Source: an uncultured delta proteobacterium (lineage in GTDB: Bacteria > Desulfobacterota > Desulfobacteria > Desulfobacterales > JAHEIW01). From it: a stretch of 64,000 nt of DNA. The position numbers were made by a program, and so were the translations under genes. The first letter of the stretch is position 1. Each line of letters starts with the position of its first letter. The notes below the pieces were generated by a model. It was given only the letters and a program-made list of their open reading frames with translations. It ran no database searches and was not told where the DNA came from. Below are positions 55,984 to 64,000 of this stretch, piece after piece. Location: NCBI GenBank assembly GCA_963706575.1, contig CAVPNL010000014.1, positions 64,001 through 128,000 on the forward strand. The letters are read 5' to 3'.

Positions 55984-57768
55984 ATGTTTACCAAATCAAA
56001 AAATAAAAAATTCTGGGCCGGGGTCCCACCCTGGGTATTGATCGGGGCTGTGGCCGTACTTCTGCCCATTGTTGTTTTTGTTACCGTTGAAAACATCAAC
56101 CGTCAGAAAGAAAAGAGCATCCATCTCCTGTTGGAAAAAGGCGCTGCCTTGATCCGATCCTTTGAAGCCGGCACCCGCACCGGGATGATGGGCAGGCAAT
56201 GGAGTGGATTTCAACTTCAACAACTGCTTGCCGAGACGGCCCAACAACCTGATATCGTTTATCTCATGGTGACCGATGAGACCGGTAAAGCCATCGCTCA
56301 TAACAGCCCTGAGCAAATCGGCCGCATCCATGGCGCTGAATTGGATCTTAAACAAATATCCGGCGCCAAAGACTTACAATGGCGCCAGATCAACCAACCC
56401 GATGGCCAAAACGTATTTGAGGTGTATCGAAAATTCATCCCTTCCGGCCCGCCGGGGGGAAAGGGCATGATGCGACGTCACATGCAGATGATGGGACGTC
56501 AATCGAAATCAGGCTGGCAGGAAAATGAAAATATCTCGGATCTGGCCCAGATTATATTCGTGGGACTGGACATGAGTCCCATTGAAGAAGCCCATAGGGC
56601 AGATGTGCGACACGCTGTTATCATGGGCGCGATTTTACTGCTGGTGGGCTTTGCCGGATTCACGCTGCTGTTTCTGGTTCAAAGTTATCGGTCCACGCGG
56701 GCATCCCTTACCAGGATAAAAGTCTTTTCCGATAACGTCGTGGAAAATGTGCCTATTGGCCTCTTGGCGCTGGATCATCAGGGAAAAATTGCCGCTTTCA
56801 ACAGAGGTGCGGAGACTATCCTGCAGCTGAGCGCCCCGCAAGTCATCGGTCAGGCGGCCGACCGTATCATTCCGGCTGAACTGCTCGCTGAAATCAATCA
56901 TTCTAAAAACCAGGCGGATGTCATCGAAAAGGAGATCGAATGTAAAATATCTGACGTGAAAATGGTCCCGTTGGAAATCGGGGCCAGCAGCCTTAAAGAT
57001 GAAAATGATGTTTTCCTCGGCAATGTCCTGCTGTTTAAAGACTTAACCGAAGTCCGCACACTCAGACGGGAGGTTGCCCGGAGCCAGCGACTGGCCTCGG
57101 TGGGCAGACTGGCGGCCGGGGTTGCCCACGAAATCCGCAATCCCTTGAGTTCCATTAAAGGATTCGCCACCTATTTTAAGGAAAGATATCCCGATCGACC
57201 GGATGACCAGCAGACCGCCGATATCATGATCCAGGAAGTCGACCGCCTCAACCGGGTCGTGGGGCAGCTCCTGGAATTTGCCAAGCCAGTCCCGGTAAAG
57301 CCAAAACCGGTTTCGTTGCAGGCGCTGCTGAATGACTCAATCAAGCTGATAAGAGACCGGGCAGCCGAGAAGAACATCTCGATCCAAACTCAAAATAACA
57401 CCCGGATGGATGAAGTGCGGATCGATCCCGATCGCATCAATCAGGTTCTGTTAAATCTGTATTTGAACGCAATTGACTCCATGGAAAGTGGCGGTGAGTT
57501 GAAGGTGGAGATTTCCTCTGATGGACAACGCCGCAATGTCATTATTCAGGTTTCAGACACCGGTCGTGGAATCAGTCGGGAAAATTTATCCAAAATCTTT
57601 GAACCTTACTTTACCACAAAATCAACCGGCACCGGATTAGGGTTGGCGATTGCTCACAATATCGTAGAAGCAATGGGCGGCAAGATAACCGTTGTGAGCG
57701 ACAAGGAAGTCGGAACTACTTTTACCGTTGCTTTACCCAATTCGGAAGAAAATAAAAAACATGAATGA
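55984..57768 (+). CDS. ZraS-like membrane sensor histidine kinase
   Basis: Two TM helices, periplasmic LIRSFEAG.RTG motif, PAS domain, AHEIRNPL. Confidence 0.9.
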   Translation: MFTKSKNKKFWAGVPPWVLIGAVAVLLPIVVFVTVENINRQKEKSIHLLLEKGAALIRSFEAGTRTGMMGRQWSGFQLQQLLAETAQQPDIVYLMVTDETGKAIAHNSPEQIGRIHGAELDLKQISGAKDLQWRQINQPDGQNVFEVYRKFIPSGPPGGKGMMRRHMQMMGRQSKSGWQENENISDLAQIIFVGLDMSPIEEAHRADVRHAVIMGAILLLVGFAGFTLLFLVQSYRSTRASLTRIKVFSDNVVENVPIGLLALDHQGKIAAFNRGAETILQLSAPQVIGQAADRIIPAELLAEINHSKNQADVIEKEIECKISDVKMVPLEIGASSLKDENDVFLGNVLLFKDLTEVRTLRREVARSQRLASVGRLAAGVAHEIRNPLSSIKGFATYFKERYPDRPDDQQTADIMIQEVDRLNRVVGQLLEFAKPVPVKPKPVSLQALLNDSIKLIRDRAAEKNISIQTQNNTRMDEVRIDPDRINQVLLNLYLNAIDSMESGGELKVEISSDGQRRNVIIQVSDTGRGISRENLSKIFEPYFTTKSTGTGLGLAIAHNIVEAMGGKITVVSDKEVGTTFTVALPNSEENKKHE

Positions 57769-59137
57769 ACAAAATACCGTTTTAGTTGTGGATGATGATA
57801 GCGCCCATCGCACGATGCTCAGGACCCTGATCGGCGGCTGGGGATATGCCGTCTCAGAAACAGATGACGGGTCCACTGCCGTTGAAAAAATCAAAGAAAC
57901 CGCTTTTGATCTGGTCTTAATGGATGTCCGTATGGTCAAGGTTTCCGGCTTGGAAGCGCTTGAAACCATCAAAGCGGTTAATCCCGCAATACCGGTGATC
58001 ATCATGACCGCCTATTCCTCGGTTGAAACCGCTGTGAAAGCCTTAAAACAGGGGGCCCATGACTACCTCACCAAACCGCTTGACTTTGACAAACTGCGCC
58101 TGACAATCGAACGGGCCATGGAGCATAGCCGGCTGAAAGAAGAAAACCGCTTGCTGCGCGAAACTCTGGGACAACAATTTGACAGCCAAAACATCATCGG
58201 TAAAAGCCCCGCCATGCTAAAACTTTTAGAAACGGTGTCCCAGGTGGCACCGTCAGAGGCCACTGTTTTAATTTCGGGTGAATCCGGCACCGGCAAAGAG
58301 CTGATCGCCGGCGCCATTCATTTTAACAGCCTGCGAAAAGACGGCCCCTTTGTAAAGATCAATTGTGCGGCCATTACGGAAACGCTGCTGGAATCAGAGC
58401 TTTTCGGACACGAAAAAGGCGCCTTTACCGGTGCCGACCGCCGCAAAGAGGGACGGTTTAGCCAGGCCCACGGCGGTACACTGTTGCTCGATGAAGTCAG
58501 TGAAATGTCGCTCATGATGCAGGTAAAATTGCTGCGGGCCCTGCAGGAAAGAGAATTTAACCGCGTTGGCGGCGAGGCCACCGTTCAGGTTGACGTGCGC
58601 GTGATCGCCGCCACCAACAAGGACCTGATGGAACAAATCAATGACGGGGCCTTTCGTGAAGATCTTTACTACCGCTTGAATGTGATCGAACTCGAAGTTC
58701 CGCCATTATCGCACAGAAAGGAAGATATCCCGCTGCTGGCCCAGCATTTTCTTGAAACATTTGTCGCCAAAAACCGCAAAGAGATCAAAGGATTCACCCC
58801 CAAGGCGATGGACAATCTGATCCGTTATGACTGGCCGGGAAATGTCCGGGAATTGATGAACGCGGTTGAACGTGGCGTTGTCCTGGCACGAACGGCTTAT
58901 CTGGACGTCACCGACTTTTCGTTTATGCAAAATTCGATGCTTCAAACGGATCAGGATTCGGCCGATTCAGCGGCGCTTTCCGTAAAAGGTGATGTGCCCC
59001 TTGAGGAAATCGAAAAGGCCGCCATTTTAAGCACCCTGCAAGCAGCCGGCGGCAATAAAAGTGAAGCGGCACGCCGCCTCGGAATCACCCGCAAGACACT
59101 ACATAAAAAGTTGAAAGCTTACGGCGAGATGCCATAA
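57761..59137 (+). CDS. ZraR-like sigma54-dependent response regulator
   Basis: REC domain, GESGTGKE, GAFTGA, Fis-type HTH. Confidence 0.93.
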   Translation: MNEQNTVLVVDDDSAHRTMLRTLIGGWGYAVSETDDGSTAVEKIKETAFDLVLMDVRMVKVSGLEALETIKAVNPAIPVIIMTAYSSVETAVKALKQGAHDYLTKPLDFDKLRLTIERAMEHSRLKEENRLLRETLGQQFDSQNIIGKSPAMLKLLETVSQVAPSEATVLISGESGTGKELIAGAIHFNSLRKDGPFVKINCAAITETLLESELFGHEKGAFTGADRRKEGRFSQAHGGTLLLDEVSEMSLMMQVKLLRALQEREFNRVGGEATVQVDVRVIAATNKDLMEQINDGAFREDLYYRLNVIELEVPPLSHRKEDIPLLAQHFLETFVAKNRKEIKGFTPKAMDNLIRYDWPGNVRELMNAVERGVVLARTAYLDVTDFSFMQNSMLQTDQDSADSAALSVKGDVPLEEIEKAAILSTLQAAGGNKSEAARRLGITRKTLHKKLKAYGEMP

Positions 59138-59208
59138 GGTCTGCAATTTAGTCCTTGATGCCTTTGTCTTTTTTCAAAAATAAATAAATGCATTGCTCTC
59201 ATCCGGGT

Positions 59209-59268
59209 GCATAGCGCATAGCGTCCATTTCCCGATGTCATCATCGCTATGCGCTATGCCCTTTGCCC
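59209..59268. repeat. Inverted 7-mer array (GCATAGC family)
   Basis: gcatagcgcatagcg...cgctatgcgctatgc. Confidence 0.75.
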
Positions 59269-59329
59269 TTTACATAAATGTCGGAGTCCTTATAATATAG
59301 AAAAATTTTAAACAAGAATGAGGAATTCG

Positions 59330-59917
59330 ATGGATCAAACGAATGTTCATATCATTCGCTGTTCCGATTGCGGAGCGGCCAACCGAATACCGGCTGACAG
59401 AATCGGTGTGGCCGCCAAATGCGGCAAATGCCATGCCCTCCTGCCGACAGACCAAAAGAAAGCCGCACCGGGGGAAGTATTTAAAATGCGCTGCACCGAG
59501 TGCGGGACGAAAAATAAAATTCCGGCAGACAAAATTGAGGCCGGCGGTAAATGCGGCAAATGCGGTTCTTTGCTTAAAACCGGGGAATTGTTCGAACCCC
59601 AGCCCGTAATGGTGACCGATGGTAATTTTGACCTCAAGGTATTGAAGTCCCCTCTGCCGGTGCTGGTATTCGCCTGGGCGCCCTGGTGTCCGACTTGTGG
59701 ATCGGTAACGCCCATCATCGATGAATTCGCCGCTGAAGCCAAAGGAAAGGTGCGGGTAGGAAAAATAAACGTTGACGCCAACCCTATGCTGTCATCTAAA
59801 TTCAACATCCTGAGCGTGCCGTTTTTGTTTATTTTTGATAACGGGCAGATGAAAGAGAGTATGGCGGGGGGGCTGCAGAAACATGAACTAATGATGAAAA
59901 TGGCCCCCTACATTTAG
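59330..59917 (+). CDS. TrxC-like thioredoxin with two N-terminal zinc ribbons
   Basis: Two CxxC..N.IP...KCGKC units, WCPTC active site. Confidence 0.88.
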   Translation: MDQTNVHIIRCSDCGAANRIPADRIGVAAKCGKCHALLPTDQKKAAPGEVFKMRCTECGTKNKIPADKIEAGGKCGKCGSLLKTGELFEPQPVMVTDGNFDLKVLKSPLPVLVFAWAPWCPTCGSVTPIIDEFAAEAKGKVRVGKINVDANPMLSSKFNILSVPFLFIFDNGQMKESMAGGLQKHELMMKMAPYI

Positions 59918-59918
59918 A

Positions 59919-59964
59919 AAAATGCCTAAAGTGAACTAAAATGAGCTAAAGTGCCTAAAGTTAA
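59919..59964. repeat. Single arm of the AAAGTGACT family
   Basis: aaaatgcctaaagtgaactaaaatgagctaaagtgcctaaagttaa. Confidence 0.65.
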
Positions 59965-60023
59965 AAAATTAAAGAAAATTGTGCTTTAAAATTTTCGTGT
60001 TTTCGTGATTAATTGAAATTCAA

Positions 60024-60929
60024 ATGGACTCAAAAAATGAACAGGTGGCGGAGAAGATTATTGCAATCCTGCAGGGCGGGTTGACGCTGAATGCGGATAT
60101 GCAGCATTATATCGATTCAACATTTTCCAATCCTTGCGTCAGCGAGTTTGAAGCGTTATTGAAAGATGAATCCAGCTGTGAAACGGATTCGCTGATGGAG
60201 CTGCTCTTTTTCCCGGATGAATCCGTGCAGCTGCAATTGGAGGAAATGATCGAAGATACGCATTTTCAACGCCGGGACGAAGAGGAAATTAAAAAGCGCG
60301 TCTGTTCAACAGCCATTCAAACTCAAATTCGCTTTTCTGACGGCCGGGGTACGTTGGAAAAGAGGGTTGCGCCTTCGAATGCAGCCCAGTTTATTGAACA
60401 CCTGAATCTGTCAAGGTGCCTGGATCCGAAACTCAGATCGGCTGTCGCCCGGCATGTTCACCAGGGGCTTCAAACCCGCTGCAAAGTCAGGCTCCGCAAC
60501 GCCAGACCCATCACATCACCCAATAAAATTTCATTCCTGCAAACGGTTTTTAAAAATCTGCAAATCGATAACGATGATTTTTTTGAGCATCTCGATTTTG
60601 CCGTAAGCTTTATGGATGAGCTCAAGGATGAGGCGGATATGTTCCAGGCGCTGATGGCCCGAAAGAAACGCTATATCCGGAGTTTGCAAAAAGCCAAAAA
60701 ATTAGATAACAAGCTAACCCAGCACAATGTGGAAACTCTTTTGCTAAGAGGCGAGTGCGTATCTTCAATTGACAAGGCCGATGCCCGTAAAAAGATTCAA
60801 ATAATTGATCGCATCAGTCTGGCAGTTTTTGGAAAGACCGAGTTTGTTGATTTGATGCCGGCGAGTGAGCAATCCATTATCCTGGAAGGCAAGGACGATA
60901 TCGACAAGCTGATCGAAAAATTCAATTAG
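60024..60929 (+). CDS. Hypothetical protein
   Basis: 301-aa ORF apparently co-transcribed with lolA; no motif recognised. Confidence 0.75.
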   Translation: MDSKNEQVAEKIIAILQGGLTLNADMQHYIDSTFSNPCVSEFEALLKDESSCETDSLMELLFFPDESVQLQLEEMIEDTHFQRRDEEEIKKRVCSTAIQTQIRFSDGRGTLEKRVAPSNAAQFIEHLNLSRCLDPKLRSAVARHVHQGLQTRCKVRLRNARPITSPNKISFLQTVFKNLQIDNDDFFEHLDFAVSFMDELKDEADMFQALMARKKRYIRSLQKAKKLDNKLTQHNVETLLLRGECVSSIDKADARKKIQIIDRISLAVFGKTEFVDLMPASEQSIILEGKDDIDKLIEKFN

Positions 60930-60939
60930 GGGATTAAAT

Positions 60940-61644
60940 ATGAAATATCGAAGCGGTATTTTTGTTCTTTATGTATTTGTACTGATCGGCGTTCTAATAC
61001 CATTGGGTGTTGGCGGGCTGCAAAATGTGAAGGCCGCATCTGAAACCAGCCCTCTTACGGTGGACCAGATCCTGGAACAGGTCGAAAATAAATACAACAA
61101 TTCAAAATTTAGTGCGGATTTTATCCAGAATTCCTTTCTCAAAGCGATGGATATCACAGATTTTGCATCAGGAAAGGTCTTCATTAAATATCCTGGCAAG
61201 ATGCGCTGGGAATATGAAAAACCCAACAGACAAATCTATATTACTGACGGAGAAAATTTGTGGGTCTATAGACCCGAAGAGAACCAGGTTCAAACCGGTA
61301 AGGCCCCTGAATTTTTCAAAGGCGGCAAAGGCGCCAGTTTTCTTTCAGACATCCGTCTGATCCGGCAAAAATTTGATATTTCTCTGAAACCGGGTCCGCC
61401 GGAGGAAAGCGACCTGTTCCATCACCTAAAATTGATACCGCGTGAAAAAACATTGGATATCACGGAAGTACGCCTGATGGTATCCAAACAAACCTATAAC
61501 GTACTGCAGGTGATGACCTTAGATTTTTACGGAAATGAAAACCGCATCGATCTGATTAATTTCGTCTTTGGTGGTAATCTGGATGAATCGCTTTTCAGCT
61601 TCGAAATCCCGGCCGGGGTGGATGTTGTGCAGATCGATGAGTGA
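60940..61644 (+). CDS. lolA: Outer membrane lipoprotein carrier protein LolA
   Basis: FSADF.Q, PGKMRWEY..P, DG..LW.Y.P..NQV and F.F.IP.GVDV motifs. Confidence 0.9.
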   Translation: MKYRSGIFVLYVFVLIGVLIPLGVGGLQNVKAASETSPLTVDQILEQVENKYNNSKFSADFIQNSFLKAMDITDFASGKVFIKYPGKMRWEYEKPNRQIYITDGENLWVYRPEENQVQTGKAPEFFKGGKGASFLSDIRLIRQKFDISLKPGPPEESDLFHHLKLIPREKTLDITEVRLMVSKQTYNVLQVMTLDFYGNENRIDLINFVFGGNLDESLFSFEIPAGVDVVQIDE

Positions 61645-61692
61645 AATCAGGAAATCCCTTGGCGTCTTTGCGTGAGGCCAAAAGCGGGTGTT

Positions 61693-62436
61693 TTAGAGCG
61701 CATTGACGATTTCCTCAGGTATATCTGCGTTCGTGTGAACCTTCTGGACATCATCGCAGTCTTCCAAGGCCTCCATGAGCCTGACCATCTGCTCGGCTTC
61801 TTTACCTTTCAAAAAGGTAGTTGATTGCGGCAGCATGGTCACTTCAGCCACGATATAGGGAATGGAAGCTGCGTCAATAGCTGCTTTGACCCCCTCAAAA
61901 TCTTCGGGCGCGGTGATCACTTCAAAATTGCTGTCGTCCTCGCGAATATCCTCGGCCCCGGCTTCCAATGCTGCCTCCATCAGTGTTTCTTCATCCACGG
62001 CTTTACTTTCAACTGCGATATAGCCCTTTTTATCGAACATCCAGGCCACACATCCGTTTTCACCCATATTGCCGCCGGCTTTGCTGAATATATAGCGGAT
62101 ATCGGCTACCGTTCGATTCTTGTTGTCCGTAAGGGATTCGATCAGCACGGCCGCCCCCCCGGGGCCATAACCCTCATAAATGCTTTCTTCATAATTGACG
62201 CCCTCTAACTCGCCGGTGCCCTTTTTGACGGCCCGTTCAATATTATCCTTGGGCATGTTTTCGCTTCTGGCAGCCAGAACGGCGGTTCTCAGGCGCGGAT
62301 TGGCATCCGCGTCACCGCCGCCCATGCGGGCGGCAACCGTAATTTCTTTAATCAGTTTCGTAAAAATCTTGCCCCGTTTGGCATCTGTAGCGGCTTTTTT
62401 ATGTTTAATACTTGACCATTTGCTGTGACCCGACAT
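61693..62436 (-). CDS. yebC: YebC/PmpR family protein
   Basis: [22 protein letters not shown] and DDVQ.V motifs. Confidence 0.96.
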   Translation of the reverse strand: MSGHSKWSSIKHKKAATDAKRGKIFTKLIKEITVAARMGGGDADANPRLRTAVLAARSENMPKDNIERAVKKGTGELEGVNYEESIYEGYGPGGAAVLIESLTDNKNRTVADIRYIFSKAGGNMGENGCVAWMFDKKGYIAVESKAVDEETLMEAALEAGAEDIREDDSNFEVITAPEDFEGVKAAIDAASIPYIVAEVTMLPQSTTFLKGKEAEQMVRLMEALEDCDDVQKVHTNADIPEEIVNAL

Positions 62437-62510
62437 AATGCCTCCTAACTAGACCACATAATGTTTTTATAATTTAATGATAGATAAGCGCTTTCTTCTT
62501 TCTCGAAAAC

Positions 62511-62640
62511 GGAATAATGGAATAATGGTTTTGAATGTATTTATCAATTTATTAATTTTCCCGATAAGACAACCCAAGGGGGAGGTATCAAACCACTCAT
62601 CCATTTCCCCAGAACCCATTATTCCGTATTCCAGATTCCA
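62511..62640. repeat. Inverted 8-mer array (TGGAAT family), degenerate
   Basis: ggaataatggaataatgg...ccattattccgtattccagattcca. Confidence 0.65.
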
Positions 62641-62676
62641 CCTGGCCTACTGACCTGTGGAATTTTATCGTTTAAA

Positions 62677-63294
62677 CTATCTCTTTTTGAGACCCATACC
62701 GACGACAAAGATCTCTTTGCTTTCTTTGCGGCTGCTGAGGGGTTTGAAAATCTTATTACGCTTAAATCGATTTCTGACCATATCCGAAAATTCTTTGAAT
62801 TCTTCACCCTGAAAAATCTTGCATATAAACGACCCGCCGGGCTTCAACACCATTTCAGCAATACCCAGGGCGGCCTGACATAATTGAAAGGAACGGGCAG
62901 CATCCAGCCCTTTATTGCCGGTGGTCGCCGGCGCCATGTCGCTTAAAACCACGTCAAATCGGTTCCCCAGTTCTTGCTTATTAAGCCATGCCCGGTCAAT
63001 AGTCAGAATATCAGCAGTGAGCGTTTCCGTTTGGGGCGGTAGCTTTATAGGAATCGCTTTCAGGTCGATGCCTAAAACCCTGCCGCGTCTGCCGGTCAGC
63101 TCGGCAGCGTAAAGCAACCAGGAACCCGGTGAACACCCCAGATCGAGCACCCGGTCGCCTTTTTTTATCAAACGAAATTTTTTTTGGGCTTCTTTTAGCT
63201 TAAACACCGATCGGGCCGGATAACGTTCTTTTTTCGCGCGCTCTGTATAGTGATCCGTCCAACGCTGATGTTTTTTTGAGCCAACGTGCTTCAT
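62677..63294 (-). CDS. rlmE: 23S rRNA Um2552 methyltransferase
   Basis: ARSVFKL, DLGCSPGSW, SDMAP and KP.SSR.ES.E motifs. Confidence 0.95.
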   Translation of the reverse strand: MKHVGSKKHQRWTDHYTERAKKERYPARSVFKLKEAQKKFRLIKKGDRVLDLGCSPGSWLLYAAELTGRRGRVLGIDLKAIPIKLPPQTETLTADILTIDRAWLNKQELGNRFDVVLSDMAPATTGNKGLDAARSFQLCQAALGIAEMVLKPGGSFICKIFQGEEFKEFSDMVRNRFKRNKIFKPLSSRKESKEIFVVGMGLKKR

Positions 63295-63296
63295 TG

Positions 63297-64000
63297 TCAA
63301 AAAAGCTTCTCTATCGCCTCGGGCACTGTTTTTATGCCCGCGACTTCAATTCCGTCAATATCGGGAATGCGCTTTAAGTTGCCGTTCGGCACCAGGCAGC
63401 GACTAAAGCCCATTTTTTTAACCTCGGCAAGTCGGATGTCAACCTGACCGATCGCCCGGACTTCTCCGGCAAGACCCACCTCACCCAGCACGACCGTACC
63501 GTCCGGAACGGGTTTGTCAAGAAAGCTGGAAGCAATCGCCGAAACGATGGCCATATCCACCGCCGGTTCGATCACCCTGACCCCGCCGGCCACATTCATG
63601 AAAATATCATATCCCATCAGGTGCATGCCGAGTTGTTTTTCCATAACCGCTGCCAGCAAGGCGACCCGGTTGGAATCCAGTCCCAGAATGGTTCGCCGGG
63701 GCGTACCGAAGCTGGTGCTGCTGGCCAGGGCCTGCAGTTCGACCAGAATCGGCCGCGTGCCTTCCATACTGGCGGTAACCGCTGAGCCCGGCGCATTCGC
63801 AGGCCGCTCAGATAAAAACACAGCCGATGGATTGGCGACCTCATCCAGGCCCTGATCTTTCATTTCAAAGACCCCGATTTCGTTAGTGGAGCCAAATCTA
63901 TTTTTAACCGCGCGTAGAATGCGGAAGATATGATTGCGGTCTCCTTCAAAATACAAAACCGTATCGACCATATGCTCCAGAAGTTTGGGGCCTGCAATGG
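63297..64000 (-). CDS. radA: DNA repair protein RadA/Sms, 5' part outside the window
   Basis: IAGPKLLEHMVDTVL, KNRFG and GEVGLAGEVR motifs. Confidence 0.96.
   Translation of the reverse strand, partial: IAGPKLLEHMVDTVLYFEGDRNHIFRILRAVKNRFGSTNEIGVFEMKDQGLDEVANPSAVFLSERPANAPGSAVTASMEGTRPILVELQALASSTSFGTPRRTILGLDSNRVALLAAVMEKQLGMHLMGYDIFMNVAGGVRVIEPAVDMAIVSAIASSFLDKPVPDGTVVLGEVGLAGEVRAIGQVDIRLAEVKKMGFSRCLVPNGNLKRIPDIDGIEVAGIKTVPEAIEKLF

Noticed and set aside
1..64000. tRNA, rRNA, tmRNA, transposase, defence-system or reverse-transcriptase genes
   Set aside because: None recognised by eye; tRNAscan-SE, Infernal and HMM scans would be needed to exclude them formally

Overview
64 kb of chromosomal DNA from an anaerobic bacterium. 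Gene content and order suggest Desulfobacterota (Desulfobacterales-like), which is an inference. Housekeeping genes include nrdDG with NrdR boxes, proC, yggT-divIVA-pilT-pilU, tilS-ftsH-folP-ybbR-coaX, a large Alu-type SRP RNA, grpE-dnaK, lolA, yebC, rlmE and radA. Five accessory modules sit among them. (1) A GntR-regulated cluster with a fused PDH2-type amino-acid dehydrogenase, a tungsten AOR and MoaD, divergent from proC. (2) An operon linking a degenerate MetF, a catalytically degenerate FdhA/NuoG-like protein, NuoE, a NuoF-GltD fusion, MetV and MetF, with upstream regulators. (3) An ABC importer directly upstream of menA, possibly for quinone-precursor salvage. (4) An ABC importer whose binding protein has a C-terminal membrane anchor. 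(5) A zraP/zraSR-like locus with divergent sigma54 promoters. About 20 intergenic spacers hold inverted arrays of degenerate 7-9-bp tandem repeats, in several families and partly nested. There are also MITE-like and REP-like elements. No transposase, CRISPR array, tRNA or rRNA was seen. All calls come from reading motifs by eye; no searches were run.
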